From NCBI GenBank assembly GCA_024679065.1, contig JAGIQG010000022.1:22816001-22880000 (forward strand): a stretch of DNA of 64,000 bases. The letters are read 5' to 3'. The notes beneath the pieces are model-generated. The model searched no databases. It saw nothing but the letters and a program-made list of their open reading frames with translations, and was not told the origin of the DNA. Source of the stretch: Sphyrna mokarran. Taxonomy: Eukaryota. Numbering within the stretch: the stretch's first letter is position 1; each line of letters opens with the position of its first letter. The translations under genes were made by a program, and so were the position numbers. Positions 49,737-62,472 of this stretch are shown piece by piece.

Positions 49737-51582
49737 CCGCCCTCTCAGTAATATTAACAGGAGGCCCAAACAATTTTGTTTTAAAGAATGGCAAGATATC
49801 TGCACTTAAAGATTGCACTGGAGCGAGGTGACTTCTTGCAAACTGTGCCCGGCGTATCTTCTAATCCTACCTCTTGCTATCGTTCTGTGCTTCTAAAACT
49901 TTATTCTAACTCTTTTAAACTCTCTAACAAGGCTTGAATGCCATTGCTTACAGATTTGGCAATCCTTAGGATTCTGGCTACACCTTAACTATGACTGTAA
50001 CACTACATTCTGCAGTTTTCTGTTTCCTTCTCTATGAACAGTATGCTCTGTCTATATCGCACACAAGAAACAATATTTTTCACTGTATACATATACATGT
50101 GACAATAAATCAAATTAATCCCATCACTTGCTGTTTGGGAAAGCAGAAAAGCTGAAGGGTCTGTTGCTCACTAACGTGGCCTTGCAACCTCTCAAGAGGG
50201 TGGGTTTTGGAAAACACCCTGTTGTCCACAATGTCAATGGCTGGTAGCATCATCCCTTGGACCTGGTTTTCATGCATTGTCAACGTATGATTTCTTTTGC
50301 AATGCCTGTTACTCTGTACCCAGTCTTGCGACATCATACCCATCCCCAGCCTGACCGTCCCTCTCCTGTTGAACAAACCCCCCCTTTCAAATGCGCTTTC
50401 TCTATACAACTCCCTCTGCTTATATTCACACAATCAGCACCTGCCACTGCCTCAACATTGGCACAGGAACAACCTGTTTTTATTTTGTTTGGACTTGGAA
50501 TTATTCCCACATTTTTGTTAAGTTCTTTGATAGTTCACACTGCATAAATTTCTTTCATCTACAGACTTTGCATTCTTACTGTTTCTTCCTCTCAGCATGC
50601 GTGTTATGTTCAGCTCCCTCACATCCCTTTTGCACGTCATGCACTAACCGAGTCCGCTTTCCTGGTGATACAAACTTGCACTCAATTTGAGGATGATTCA
50701 GGACTGGGTGAGGTGCAACATCATAGTGAGAACACTTTCATCTATATCATTGGCAGATAGAGGGCTCAAATACACAGAAGACACTCAGCACTTTTGCTTT
50801 AACTAAACTCACCACACACAGCATTGCATCTAGCCATTAAGGATGGGATTTTACAGAAGCACTTGCCCCAAGGCTAAAAAATTCTGCCGGAGATCAATGG
50901 ACATTTGCATTGTGCGTGTCCTACCTGCCATGATTTCCATGGTGAGCAAATGGGAAAATTCTACCCTATGTTTGAAGACATTCTCCCCATGCTCTGTTTC
51001 TATCTGCAAATCAATATTCCTGATGTCTGGATTGCTACTGCAGTAACATAACCTGTATGATATTGTAAACAACTGGTTCTCTAAGTGCTGCGGATTGTAA
51101 GTTGGAGGGATCCACACAGAAACTTGTGGCACCAATTATTAGCATCATGGTGGTGCTAAGTAGATTCTTTGCTCCATCATCTACTTTGCATTAGACATGC
51201 TAGCAGGTTATAGAGTAGGATCTTCAGTCCCATCATGGATCTCCTAGTGTCTAACTTCCCACAGATTGAAAGAAGATTTGATCCATTGCCCCATAATAGG
51301 GGCAATCATGCAATGGGCATGGAGCATGTTCTCTCGAGTTAGTAGCATTTCCACATATTCAACACCTCCTCAAACAATGCTTTTTTCAGAACCAGCAGTG
51401 GCAGACTACTCCAAAACCCTCCGAAATGCTGGGAATGAGCAGATTGGCAGAACTCATCTGAGTCAAGCCAGGCTTCTATCTCCCATGCCGAAACTATCGA
51501 GGGAGCACCTCATGAGAGTAATAGGGTAGGACCTCATAATATAGGAGACTGCTTAAGAAATCATGATGGGATGAATCCCGGG

Positions 51583-51649
51583 TGATAATCAATTTGTCGA
51601 TATTTTTGTAAAAAATTTGCTTACAAAAATATCGACAAATTGATTATCA
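51583..51649. repeat. Perfect 29-bp inverted repeat with 9-nt spacer
   Basis: TGATAATCAATTTGTCGATATTTTTGTAA aaaatttgc TTACAAAAATATCGACAAATTGATTATCA. Confidence 0.97.
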
Positions 51650-51904
51650 TTATGATCTTTATGAAATCTTTATAAGTCAAATGTTTCTATTGTAGTTGAT
51701 TTTTTTGTACCTATTGATAACTATATCAATGTTGGCTTTGGGTTGAAAAGGTTTTCTTTAGGATGGAAGGACTGGGACAGATGTTGAATATTGCTGCTGT
51801 TGTGAGGCAGGAACCAGTCTTGTTCCCATGAAGAGATTTTAATTGATGCCGTGCTGGAGGGATCTGGCTGCAAGCAGGCGTTTGATCCTGTAACGAACTG
51901 GCTT

Positions 51905-52203
51905 GGGCGGCACGGTAGCACCATGGTTAGAACTGCTGCCTCACAGTGCCAGGGATCTGGGTTCAATTCCCAGCTTGGGTCACTGTCTGTGTGCAGTTTG
52001 CATGTTCTCCGTGTCTGTGTGGGTTTCTTCCGGGTGCTCTGGTTTCCTCCCATTCTCCAAAGATGTATGGGTTAGGTTGATTGGCTAATCAGGGGATTAG
52101 CAGGTTAATGGGTAATGGGTAATGGGGATAGGATAGATGGGACTGTGGTTGGTGCAGACTTGATGGGCTGAATGGCCTTCTTCTGCACTGTAGGATTATA
52201 TGA
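51905..52203 (+). mobile_element. HE1-type V-SINE
   Basis: GGGCGGCACGGTAGCAC head, core and CR1-like tail. Confidence 0.9.
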
Positions 52204-53250
52204 TCCTATTAACGCTTACAAATTTTGTCAGGAACACAAAGGATATTTATTAGTAAGAAAAAGCTGTGCAGAGCCCGGCAGCCTCTTAGCTACCCCGGAG
52301 CAGCCCATTGGCTGCCCCAGTCCCTACATGTCTTCAGGCTGTCTTCTGCCTAAGATAGGACTCCACCCTCTGGGGTGATTACCCACACAGTTCCAATTAA
52401 TCCCTCATGACAGGTTTTGCTGTGTTGCCCTCAAATTTCCTCCCTGCTTCTTTGAAATTGCCAATGTCACTTGGATGACCGTCTTCAATTCATGGCAACT
52501 CCATATGTTATTTCTGTTGCCGAGCCTATTCGTGTATTATTGAAAGCTCCCTAATAAATTCATTTTGCAAATGAAACTGATAGACTTGCATTTACACAGC
52601 ACATCCCAAAGTCCATTACACACAATGGAGTATTTTTTTGTCAGATTGGAAACACATCAGCCAATTTGCACGTAGCCCATAATACACAAAGCAATCAGAA
52701 TTCTTCTTTTTGTTTGTTTTTCTTTTTCCACAATAAATTATTGACTAAATTGTTTTGCCTTAGGCCAAGTCTACAATAGAAGGTCACAAGTGTGAGGGCT
52801 CTGCTTGTAATCTGTTGAGAAAAATTGTACCAGTATATTTGGCTGCCTTGGGGGTGCAAATAAAGAACAATGTGACTCCTACATCTCTTTGTTTTTTTGC
52901 AACCTAAGTGAAATAAGAGCTTTAGGGCACCTAATGATTGTTATTGAAAGTGAACACTTCTTGAGTGCTTTAGTGTTATTTTGTTTCACTAACATGGGTG
53001 ACAAGAAAATGACTTACTCGGTGACCTGAGTTTCTTTACAAGATCTGGCACAGCGTTTCAGGGATTAGTATCCCAGAAACTAATTATGATTCATTAGCAT
53101 TGTGTCTCCTTGGCTGTTTTATTTATCGATCGCTTGGCTCTTAAATAGTATGCTTGGAAGAAAAAAATGTATCTGATTTATTTTAAGAGAAAAAAAAATT
53201 CCAAGGGATATTGAGAAAAATCTTTGGCCCTTACTTTGTTAGCCTTTATA

Positions 53251-53584
53251 GGAGAGGCAATGGCTTAATGGTATTATCGCCAGACTATTAATGCAGAAAC
53301 TCAACAAATGTTCTGGAGACCCGGATTTGAATCCCACCACTGCAGATAGTGGAAATTGAACTCAATAAAAATAACTGGAATTAACAATCTACTGATTGTG
53401 AAACCACTGTTGATTGTTAGGAAAAACTCGTCCAGTTCATTCATGTCCTTTCGGGAAAGAAATCTGCTATCCTACCTGGTCTGGCCTACACATGATTCTA
53501 CAGTCACAGCAATGCTCTCAGGCAACTAAGCAGGTTAACAAATGCTGACCAGCTCGTGACACCCATGTCCCATGGGTTAATAAA
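53251..53584 (+). mobile_element. tRNA-derived SINE family 2
   Basis: A-box TGGCTTAATGG, B-box GATTTGAATCCC; body homologous to 24289-24632. Confidence 0.85.
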
Positions 53585-53869
53585 GCAAAACCACAGACAT
53601 AGAAACATAGAAAATAGGAGGGTTAAGTCATTTGGCCCTTCGAGCCTGCTCTGCCATTTGATCATGGCTGGTCATCAAATTCAATATCCCGATCCCACCT
53701 TCTCTCTCCATGTCCCTTGATCCCTCATTTGTCCAGCTGTGTTGCAGTGGGTAATCTTTTACTCCTTGTGCATCTGCTTCCAAACCTTCTCTTTTTCAAA
53801 CTGATATCATTATAATCTGGAGTCTGATTGTAAGGAGCGATGGAGCGTTAAAGAAGAAAAATATTGATA

Positions 53870-54720
53870 AAACTACGCAGAGCATTGGTGAGACCACATC
53901 TAGATTACTGTGTGCACCTTTGGTCTCCTTATTTATAGGGATATTTTGCCTGCATTGGAGGAAGCTCATGAAAAGTTTCATTTGGGTGATTGCTGGGATA
54001 AAAGGGTGAGCAGGTTGGAGTTCAGAGAATGAGAGGTGATGGTATTAGGTGGCATGGTGACACAATGGTTAGCACTGCTACCTCATAGCGCAGGGACCCG
54101 AGTTCAATTCCTGGCATGGGTCACTGCCTACATAGTGTCGACACATTCTTCCCATGTTTGCATGGGTTTCCTCCAGGTGCTCTGGTTTCCCCTGTCAGTC
54201 CAAAGGATGTGCTGGTTAGGCATATTTGACCATACTAAATTCTCCTTCAGTGTATCTAAGCAGGTGCAGTAATATGATGACTAGGGGATTTTCACAGTAA
54301 CATCTTTGCAATGTTAATATAAGTCTACTTGTGACACTGATAAATAAACTTACAAAAAAATTATTGAAACATAAAGGATTCTGAGGTTACTTGAAAGAGT
54401 GAATGCTGAGAGAAAGTTTGTTCTTGTGGGGGAATCTAGAACCAAGGAGTACAGTTTCTATTTAAGGCAACAGTGAGAAGAAATTTCTTGTCTCAGGGTT
54501 GGTAATCTGGAATCCCCTATCTCTGCGACTAGTGGAGACTGGGTTATTGAAAATATTCAAGACTGAGTTGGACAAATTTGTGATCTACAGTGGAGTTGAA
54601 AATTATGGGGATAGGCATGGAAGTGGATTTATAGCTGCAATCAGTTCAGCCATAATATTATTAGATTGAGAGCCTTTTGGCCAATTCCTGCTGCTATTTC
54701 TTTTGATCGCATGTTCTTGT
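53870..54720 (+). mobile_element. Old CR1 3' end interrupted by an alternative-tail V-SINE (54048-54352)
   Basis: ALVRPHLDYC..LWSPYL trace; resumes LIET*RIL..LERV..E after the SINE. Confidence 0.75.
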
Positions 54721-54870
54721 GATTTCCTGCACTTCATTTCAGAATTGTGCTAAGACAAATTTGAAACAACAGTTATCACTTTTACCGCCCGTCCCTGCTC
54801 CTCCCAACTGCATAGTTGGAGTCTTGTCAATAGTCATTTGGTAACACATAACTTGAACATTATTGGAAAA

Positions 54871-55396
54871 AAAAAGAGACATGCTGTCAAAGCTTTTCAT
54901 GTTGCACTCATCAGGACATTTTCAAGTGTACCAATTGTAAAGGGAACAACAATTCCTACTTCAAAGTAAAGTTTGTTTACTTATTAGTCAAAGTAGACTT
55001 ACATTCAACTGCAATGAGGTTCCTGTGAAAATCCCCATTTTTCATGAGAAGAAAGTGCTGATTGGTTGGCAAGTAGCCTCTTATTTGTTGAGGCGATACC
55101 ACGGGGTGATTTTTTTTTATTATTCATTCATAGGACATGGGCATCACTGGCTGGCCAGCATTTATTGCACATACCTGGTTGCCCGAGGGCAATTGAGAAT
55201 CAACCACATTGCTGTGGCTTTAAAGTTGCATGTAGCCCAGACAAGGTAAGGACAGCAGATTTCCTTCCCTAACTGACATGAGTGAACCAGATGGGGTTTT
55301 CCACCAATCAGCACAGTTAACTGATCCCTTTTACATTTGATAATCATTCAAACGTCCTGAGGAGTGCAAGGCAAAATGCTTCGACGTGTCTCTTTT
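54871..55396. mobile_element. PLE-type fold-back element (family B) with opposed hammerhead motifs and internal SINE fragments
   Basis: AAAAGAGACATGCTGTCAAAGCTTTTCATGTTGCACTCATCAGGAC ... GTCCTGAGGAGTGCAAGGCAAAATGCTTCGACGTGTCTCTTTT. Confidence 0.7.
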
Positions 55397-56163
55397 ACCT
55401 TGATCTGAGTTAGGTGGCAGGTGCCTATACTGGGGCATACACTCTCCATTTATTCAGGCAGCCTAATTTCCCAGGCAAATTACTGAACACTGCAGCAATT
55501 TGTTCTCATCTGCCAAACACAAATAGGCCAGAGAACTTCACTAAATCTTTGTAGCTGGTAATAGGATTCCGACTTATCCAAGTATTTGGCCCAATGGGGC
55601 TTTGCCAGTTGCTAGATGAATAATTGTCAGGGCCAGCTTTTCAGCGGTGAGCTTGAGGAGCGGCAGCTTGTGTTGCCGACAGAATTGAGAAGCTGGGCCT
55701 CGGGGCACTCCGGGCCACGCTCCTGAATTTAAAAAGGTTTGCAGACACGCTGTGTGCATACGGGCCTCATTACGAATGATAAATTTATGTAAATGGATGT
55801 AAACTGCTGCCATTTTGCATTCCCTGTCCCGTTTTGTCGGAAGATTCTTTATTTGCCAAGGCACTGGGAAGGCTGGTGGTCAGTGAAATCCACTGTTTAA
55901 AGCTGTGCTAGTGTTACTAATGAGTTTGCATTCTGACTGACTTTGGGCTTGACAACATGTTAAATGTTTCACTTTTGCCTGCTGTGCTCCTCAAACCCAC
56001 CCATCATTTGTTGCCCATCATTAACTCCAGTGTTCCAATTCACCTCTGTGATTACAAGCAGTGGGCATTATGCACGTTCCATTCAGCCTGCCAATAACCA
56101 TCCTGGATTTCAATTTGGAAGAAGAATTTTTAAGGGTTGGGGGGTGAATGAAGTTATTGTGTT

Positions 56164-56514
56164 CTTTATTTATGAGGGACATGGACGTCACTGGTTGGCC
56201 AGCATTTATTGCTCATCCCTTGTTGCCCAAGAGCAGTTGAGAGTCAACCACATTGCCATGGCTCTGGAGTCACATGTAGCCCAGACCAGGTAAGAATGGC
56301 AGATTTCCTTCCCAGAAGGACATTAGTGACCTCGATGGAATTTTCTGATAAACAGTTAACGGTTTCATGGTTATCAGTAGATTCTTAATTCCAGATATTT
56401 TTTATTGAATTCAAATTTCACCATCTGCTGTGATGGGATTCGAACCTGGATGGCCAGAAAATTTTCTGAGTTTCTGGATGAATAGTCTAGGAACAATGCC
56501 ATTAGGCCACTGCC
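56164..56514 (-). mobile_element. tRNA-derived SINE family 2
   Basis: Full reverse-complement copy with B-box GGTTCGAATCCC. Confidence 0.88.
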
Positions 56515-57384
56515 AAATGTGTTGGCATGGCAGATGCCTGGCGCCTATCTGCAGCTTTCCCAGCAATTATAGCATAACCAGTCGTAATGATTTGGGCGCA
56601 TTGTAAGATACATTTCTGTAATGTCGCCAAGTCAACAGGCAGACAACAGATTGCCCCAAGTACTGGTGCCTGAACTTCTGGAGACCTCCAGCACAAAGAC
56701 AGCTCTACATTCTGTGGTTAAATCACTACTGCATTGACTTAAATGTCAGCAGTTCATTTGAAACATCCATTTTATTGAGGTAATCATTTGCCTGGATACA
56801 AGAGTAACCAATTGGTCAGTCGTGGAGTTTGGTTGCCCAGGCAACTTTCTCGGCAAATTGGAAGAAACTATTGGAGGGGGTGTGAAACTTCTAGTGGGAG
56901 GTGGGGAGACTGAGTTCCCAGAAGCACAGGATGGCGTTGATGACACAAAACTCTTAGGGTCCCAGAGTTTAACAACCCAATCGCCATTTGATCAACATAC
57001 TGCTCAATTCAGTAACCACAGCCGAATAATGGAGATAACTGCAAGATACTTTAGCAAGAATTGTCATCCTTCCATTATGAAGCAGTCAATTTTGCCATAA
57101 TTTGGCCATCTTCTGCCCTATAAGGATTCTGTGGACTCTTTGAGGTGGTAAGGTAGAATGGATGAGTGAGCTATTGCCACCAGTTTGATCATAGATCAGG
57201 GAAGGTCTTACCCTACAGCTGTGAAAAAATCTCAGGGATTATTTATATTTTTAGTTTTGAACTTTGACAGAATAGCTTCCATTGCTTCATGAAACCCTTC
57301 TGCATGTTGACATGGATACTTAGGCACACTTGTTATGCTGTTTTGATATCCCACACAGGGACTTTGCAAAGAACTCATTGAAAA

Positions 57385-57715
57385 TAGAACCATAGAATTC
57401 TGACAGTGCAGAAGGAGATCATTTGGCCCATCAAGTCATCAGAAATTCACAGAATAACAGCTTATTCAAGCCTATGCATATCCCTGTAACTCACTAATCA
57501 TTGCTAATCTACCTGACACACACATCTTTGGACACTAATGGTAATTTAGCAAGGCCAATCCACTTAACCTGCACATCTTTGGTCTGTGGGAGGAAATTGG
57601 ACCACCGGGCGGAAACCCACACAGACAAGGGGAGAATGTGCAAACAGAGTCACCCAAGGCTGGAAATAAACGCGGGTCCGTGGTGCTGTGAGGCAGCAGT
57701 GCTAACTATGTGCCG
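57385..57715 (-). mobile_element. HE1-type V-SINE
   Basis: Reverse-complement head, core and tail. Confidence 0.85.
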
Positions 57716-58549
57716 AGGTGAACCTTAAAGACAAGTACAACTCCCACAAAATATAAATGTGTAGATTTTCCAACAGCTATCCATGTAGCTATAACCCTAT
57801 CTTCCTTCTATAATACTTCATCCGTTGCTATCGCTACTTTGTCCCATTGGTAATTGGTACTTCAGCTGGTATTTCCTCCTGACTCCCTCCAGCTATTCTT
57901 CAATACACCTGAGCTAGTGTGTCTGGAATCTGGAAAACTTGATGGGGACTGATGTGATGAGTTGCTTCTTGTTCTGGATGACGGCTTCCTGACCTTAGGA
58001 GATCTTTACACAAAGAGAAATGGGGCATGGACAAGCATAGCAAGTGCAGCCAATTGCAGCAGGCTGCCTCATTGATCATAAGGTGCCAGCAAGATAAAAG
58101 TTTGACGAATTCCTAAACTTCCTCACTCAGTTGCCCAGTGGAGCAAACTTCTGAAATCTCTCTCCCAATGATGTACATTTTACACAGCAAGCTTTTCATC
58201 AACTGACTGCCCTCTGTGCACAGCACACTATGTATTAGTTATTTATAAATATGTACCACCTCGTCTCCTTTAGTGTACAAACAATGGAGAAATGATGAGG
58301 GTTGTAAAAAAAACATAATGGATTCTGTTGGATCCCAACCTACAGCCAGAGAACGAAGTACATATAGACTTCAAACAAAAGAACAACATCAGTTGTTTCT
58401 TATTTCTTGCAGGCATCAACTTAGTTCTGTTTGTAACATTTCATGAGATTTTGTGTTCAATTTTCAGTCCAGGATTTGAGCTTTTTATCTAGATTCATAT
58501 TATAAACCATCATTAGTGGTGACAGTCTTCAGAGAAGATGTTTATATAA

Positions 58550-59285
58550 TCATCAAGACACACAGTATGGAATCAGACCCTTCTGCCCTAAACTGAACCA
58601 GTCCCCTATCCCTCTAAAGCTTTCCTTTCCATGTGCCTGCACAAATTTATTTTAAACGTTGTAAGTGTACCCAACTTCACCATCTTCTCTGGTAGCTCAC
58701 TTGACGTATGTACCACTCTCTACTTGAAAAGATGGCCCCCTCAATTCCCTTCCAAATATTTCTCTTTTCATCTTAAACCCATACCCACCTTAAACCTATG
58801 GACTCCCCAGTCCTGGGGAAAATAACTTGGCTATTTACCTTATCCATGCTCCTCATGATTTTGTAAACTTTTCTATATGCTCACTTCTCTTCCTCCTACA
58901 CTCCAGGATAAAAATCATTGAATCTACAGTGCAGAAGGAGGCCATTTGATCCATCAAGCCTGTACTGACAACAATCCTACCCATGTCCTATCACCGTAAC
59001 CCTACAAATTTATCCTCCTAATCCCGCTGACAATAAGGAGCAATTTATCATGGCCATTCAACCTAATTTGCACATCTTTGGACTGTGGGAAGAAACTGGG
59101 GCACCCAAAGGGAACCCACGCAGACACAGGGAGAATATGCAAACTCCACACAGATAGTGACCTGAGGCCAGAATTGAACCTGGCTCCCTGGCGCTGTGAG
59201 GTAGCAATGCTAACCACTGTGCCACCTATAAAAATCCCAGCCTATCCAACCACTTCTTATAATTCAAACCTTCTAGCCCAATAAC
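58550..59285 (-). mobile_element. Old CR1 3' end with a minus-strand HE1 inserted (58915-59227)
   Basis: Minus-strand VYKIMRSMDKVNSQ..FP trace on the left; CR1 resumes at 59228. Confidence 0.75.
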
Positions 59286-60869
59286 ATGTTAAGAAAGTAG
59301 ATTCTGCTGACCTGTTTCAGTAGTTCAGGAGGATGTTCAGTGTCCGGCAGCAAGATTTGAAGGGCAGAAATACTCACTTTCTCCTGTTCAAAAGCCCTTC
59401 TTCATACATCCCCATGCACATCTTAACTGTTTGCTCACCTTTATGCTGATTAGTTGTGTTCACTCACCACTTGAAGCAAAATGGAAGCAGTTGAAATTGA
59501 AGTCCTCGAATTTTAAATAATTAAGAGGCCTGCTTATACCAGAAATGATGCAAGCTCACACACTCTCGTTAATTAAATTAATGCTATGTTGCTGAATGGG
59601 ATAGTAGCCCTTGGCCTCCGTTGGCGGAATGAAAAATTCAAAGAACATTTCAGTTTCTATAGATGTTTTTAAAGCTAACCTGCCAGGATGGTGACAGAAA
59701 ATCTATTGAGGCTGTGCTCTGTTCCTGAAATATCTTTACCAGCCGGAGTACTAGAAGGTGGCTTCAGGAAAAATGAAAATGGGAAAAGAACAAAAAAGGA
59801 CATTCCATTCATTTCCATTACTTGTGACCAGGTTATTAGAGAGAGAGTGGGTGATTCTCCCATTCTAACCTGCTGATTTTTTGGTGTGTTGGGAGACACA
59901 CTGATTTTTGGGATTCACACATGCGTTCCTGAAGGCAGGAAACTGGCAGGAAGACCAGGTAAGTAATTTAAATCTATTCTTAATGTTATTTGAATGTCAC
60001 TACTGGGCTCAGGATTGAATTCTCTGGGTCCCATAGCATCTCCCATCCTGCCAGTACATATTCATTCTGGTGAGGTTTAGAGTAGCTCCCCACTTTTGGG
60101 GAACTGCCTGGGGGCCCTGCTGGAGCAAAGGGAGGGAGGCAATCAGGGTCAGACAATGGAGAGAGTGATGCCCCCTGGGCATGGATACTCTGGCAGTGTC
60201 AGCCTGTGGCACTGCCCAAGGGGCAAAGTGCTCATGCCCCAGGGAGCAACTGCCCACTGAACATTGGGTGGAGCTTATTGGGGTGGGGCTTGGGGGGGGG
60301 TTGGGCTCAATGGAGGTGGGGCTTAGGGGCAATCGGTAGGGTTGGGGAGTCCCACTGTCCCTTTTAATTGGATCGATCCGGCCTGGAGGGAAGCCAATGA
60401 TCGAGGGCAGGAAGAGAGGGTCGGCCATGAGTTTCTGCCTCCCATGGGGGGGATCATCACTAATGATGGGGCACTGCTAGAGATCTGGACTCTCCAGTAT
60501 GGAAAGGAAGTCGGGGCTGGCCCAGCAATGCTTGCGGGGGTGGGTAACAATCGAATCATGGGGTGATGGTAGGAGAGCAGCATCGTGAGGGTCCCAGGCT
60601 GACTGGTGATTGAGCTGATCAGCAAATCAGAGGCTGACAGGTTAGGGCTACTGTGCACGCACAGAGTTCTGAAACTGTCAGTTTCTGGCATGAAGAAGAC
60701 CCAACTCCCAAGCCTTAAATGATATTCCTGATTGTGACCTCTGCATTGTACAAAAGTGGGAGATTCGAGTCTGAAGTCCCACTAAAAAAAAAATTGTGAT
60801 TTAAACCATTTTTCCTACAAATTCAGCATTTAAAATTTTTTTGGGAGAATCGCCTCCAGAGAATCTGGT

Positions 60870-61610
60870 AAACTGGGGTGATGACAACAATCCTTCCCTT
60901 AATGTCAGTAAAATGAAGGATAGTCATCAAATTCAGGAAATGTAATGGAGGACATACCTCTGTCTATATCAACAGGGATCAAGTCAAAATGGTCCAGAGC
61001 TTCAAGTTTCTAGGTTTTTAGATCACCTAAAACCTGCCCTACTTCGGCCACACTGACACAATTATTGAGAAAGCCCACCAATGCCTCTACTTTCTCAAGA
61101 GGCTAAAGGAATTTGACTCTCTAACTTGAAAAGATGCACCATAAAAAGCATCCTTTCTGGATGTACCACAGCCTGGAATGGCTCCTGCTCTGACCAAGGC
61201 TGGAAGAAACTACAAAGGGTGAACATAGCCCAGTCCATCATGCAAACCGACTTCTCATCCACTGACTTTGCTTACACTTCCCACTGCCTTGAAAAAGCAG
61301 CCGGCATAATTTAGGACCCCAAACACCCCAGACATAATCTCTAACACTTTCTTCAGTTAGAAAAAAGATACAAAGGTCTGAGGTCACGTACCAACAGACT
61401 CAAGAACATCATCTTCCATGCTGCCATCAGATTTTTGAATTGACCTATCTCATATTAAGTTGATTTTCTCTACGCCCTAGCTATGACTGTAATACATTCT
61501 GCACCCTCTTCCCTATGTAATCTATGAACAGTAATTTCTCTGTATAGCTAACAAGAAACAATACTTTTCACTGCATCCCAATACATGTGACAAAAAAAAA
61601 TCAAATCAAA
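60870..61610 (+). mobile_element. Rex1/Babar-like LINE 3' fragment
   Basis: W.DDNN.SLNVSK..FRK..VYIN...V.MVQSFKFLG..KAHQCLYFL.RLK.F..SILSGCTTAWNGSCS...KKLQRV; tail ACATGTGACAA..(AATCA)n. Confidence 0.85.
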
Positions 61611-61871
61611 GTTTTTATAGCTTGTATGGCTGACTCATGGTTTAGGAAAAATGCGATGTATAGGGATTGCAAAGTGAAAGCTGTTTTATTGTTGCAGAAG
61701 TTTTTGCGATGATTATTGACTACAGTCAATTTGTGGCCACTTTACAGTGTTCACATTCTCTCTTCACCTTTTGATCAAATGCAATGGCACTGAACTATTT
61801 GGTCAGCTCCACCTGAGTGTTTGGATATCTCATGTAGAAATTGGAATGACCATGGTAACCTAGAATCCTTG

Positions 61872-62472
61872 TACCCAAACAAGGAAATGCTGGAAAATCT
61901 CAGCAGGGCTGGCAGCATCTGTAAGGAGGGAAAGGAGCTGATGTTTTGATTCCAGACAACCCTTTGTCAAAGCTAAAAGGCATCAAAAGTGGGAGATATT
62001 TGTACTGCGGTGGCGGGAATGAAAGATGAGTCATAGCCAGGGGAAAAGACTGCAGATAGTTATCCACAGAGAGTGTAAAGGGTGTGAATAGCCAAATGGC
62101 AGAGAAGCCGTGATTGATGAAGATATAGGGGATGGAAGGAGGGGTGGGAAATGGAATAGAGGTAGAAAATAGAAAAGGGGAAGCAGGAGGGGAGAAAAGG
62201 TAAGGGAAGGGGGATGAAGTAGGGGAAAAATGGAAGGAAGAAAAATGAAAAAAGACAATAAAAGGTAGAGAACAGTAAAAATTAAATAAAATAGAATGAA
62301 AATAAAGGAGGCCAAGATGGGGTTGAGCAAATCGTCTGAAGTTGTTGGATTCGATGTTGAGATCAGAAGGCTGTAAAGTGCCTAGCCGGAAGATGAGATG
62401 CTCTTCCTTCAGTTTGCATTGAGCTTCACCAGAATGTTGCAGCGAGCTAAGGACAGCCATGGGGGCAAGGGA
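61872..62472 (-). mobile_element. Penelope-like element 3' part (same family as 5287-6085)
   Basis: ORF 61900-62460(-) begins ..EAQCKLKEEHLIFRLGTLQPSDLNIE.NNF (PLE C-terminus), then a pyrimidine-rich tract and a hammerhead-like repeat. Confidence 0.85.

Noticed and set aside
50110-51135. DNA transposase remnant (CxxC...H zinc-finger-like and GTVR-like peptides on the minus strand)
   Set aside because: The motifs are short and point to different superfamilies; cannot be supported without a profile search.
56520-57050. Ancient PLE RT remnant on the minus strand (DYLNKM, PEVQAP..AI)
   Set aside because: Only two weak motifs with shortened spacing; too degraded to call.
60009-60860. GC-rich ORFs (139 and 122 aa) or a CpG-island promoter
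   Set aside because: Low-complexity G-rich sequence with Pro/Ser-biased translations and modest CpG; more like decayed non-autonomous transposon DNA (similar pieces at 23270-23640 and 34150-34400).
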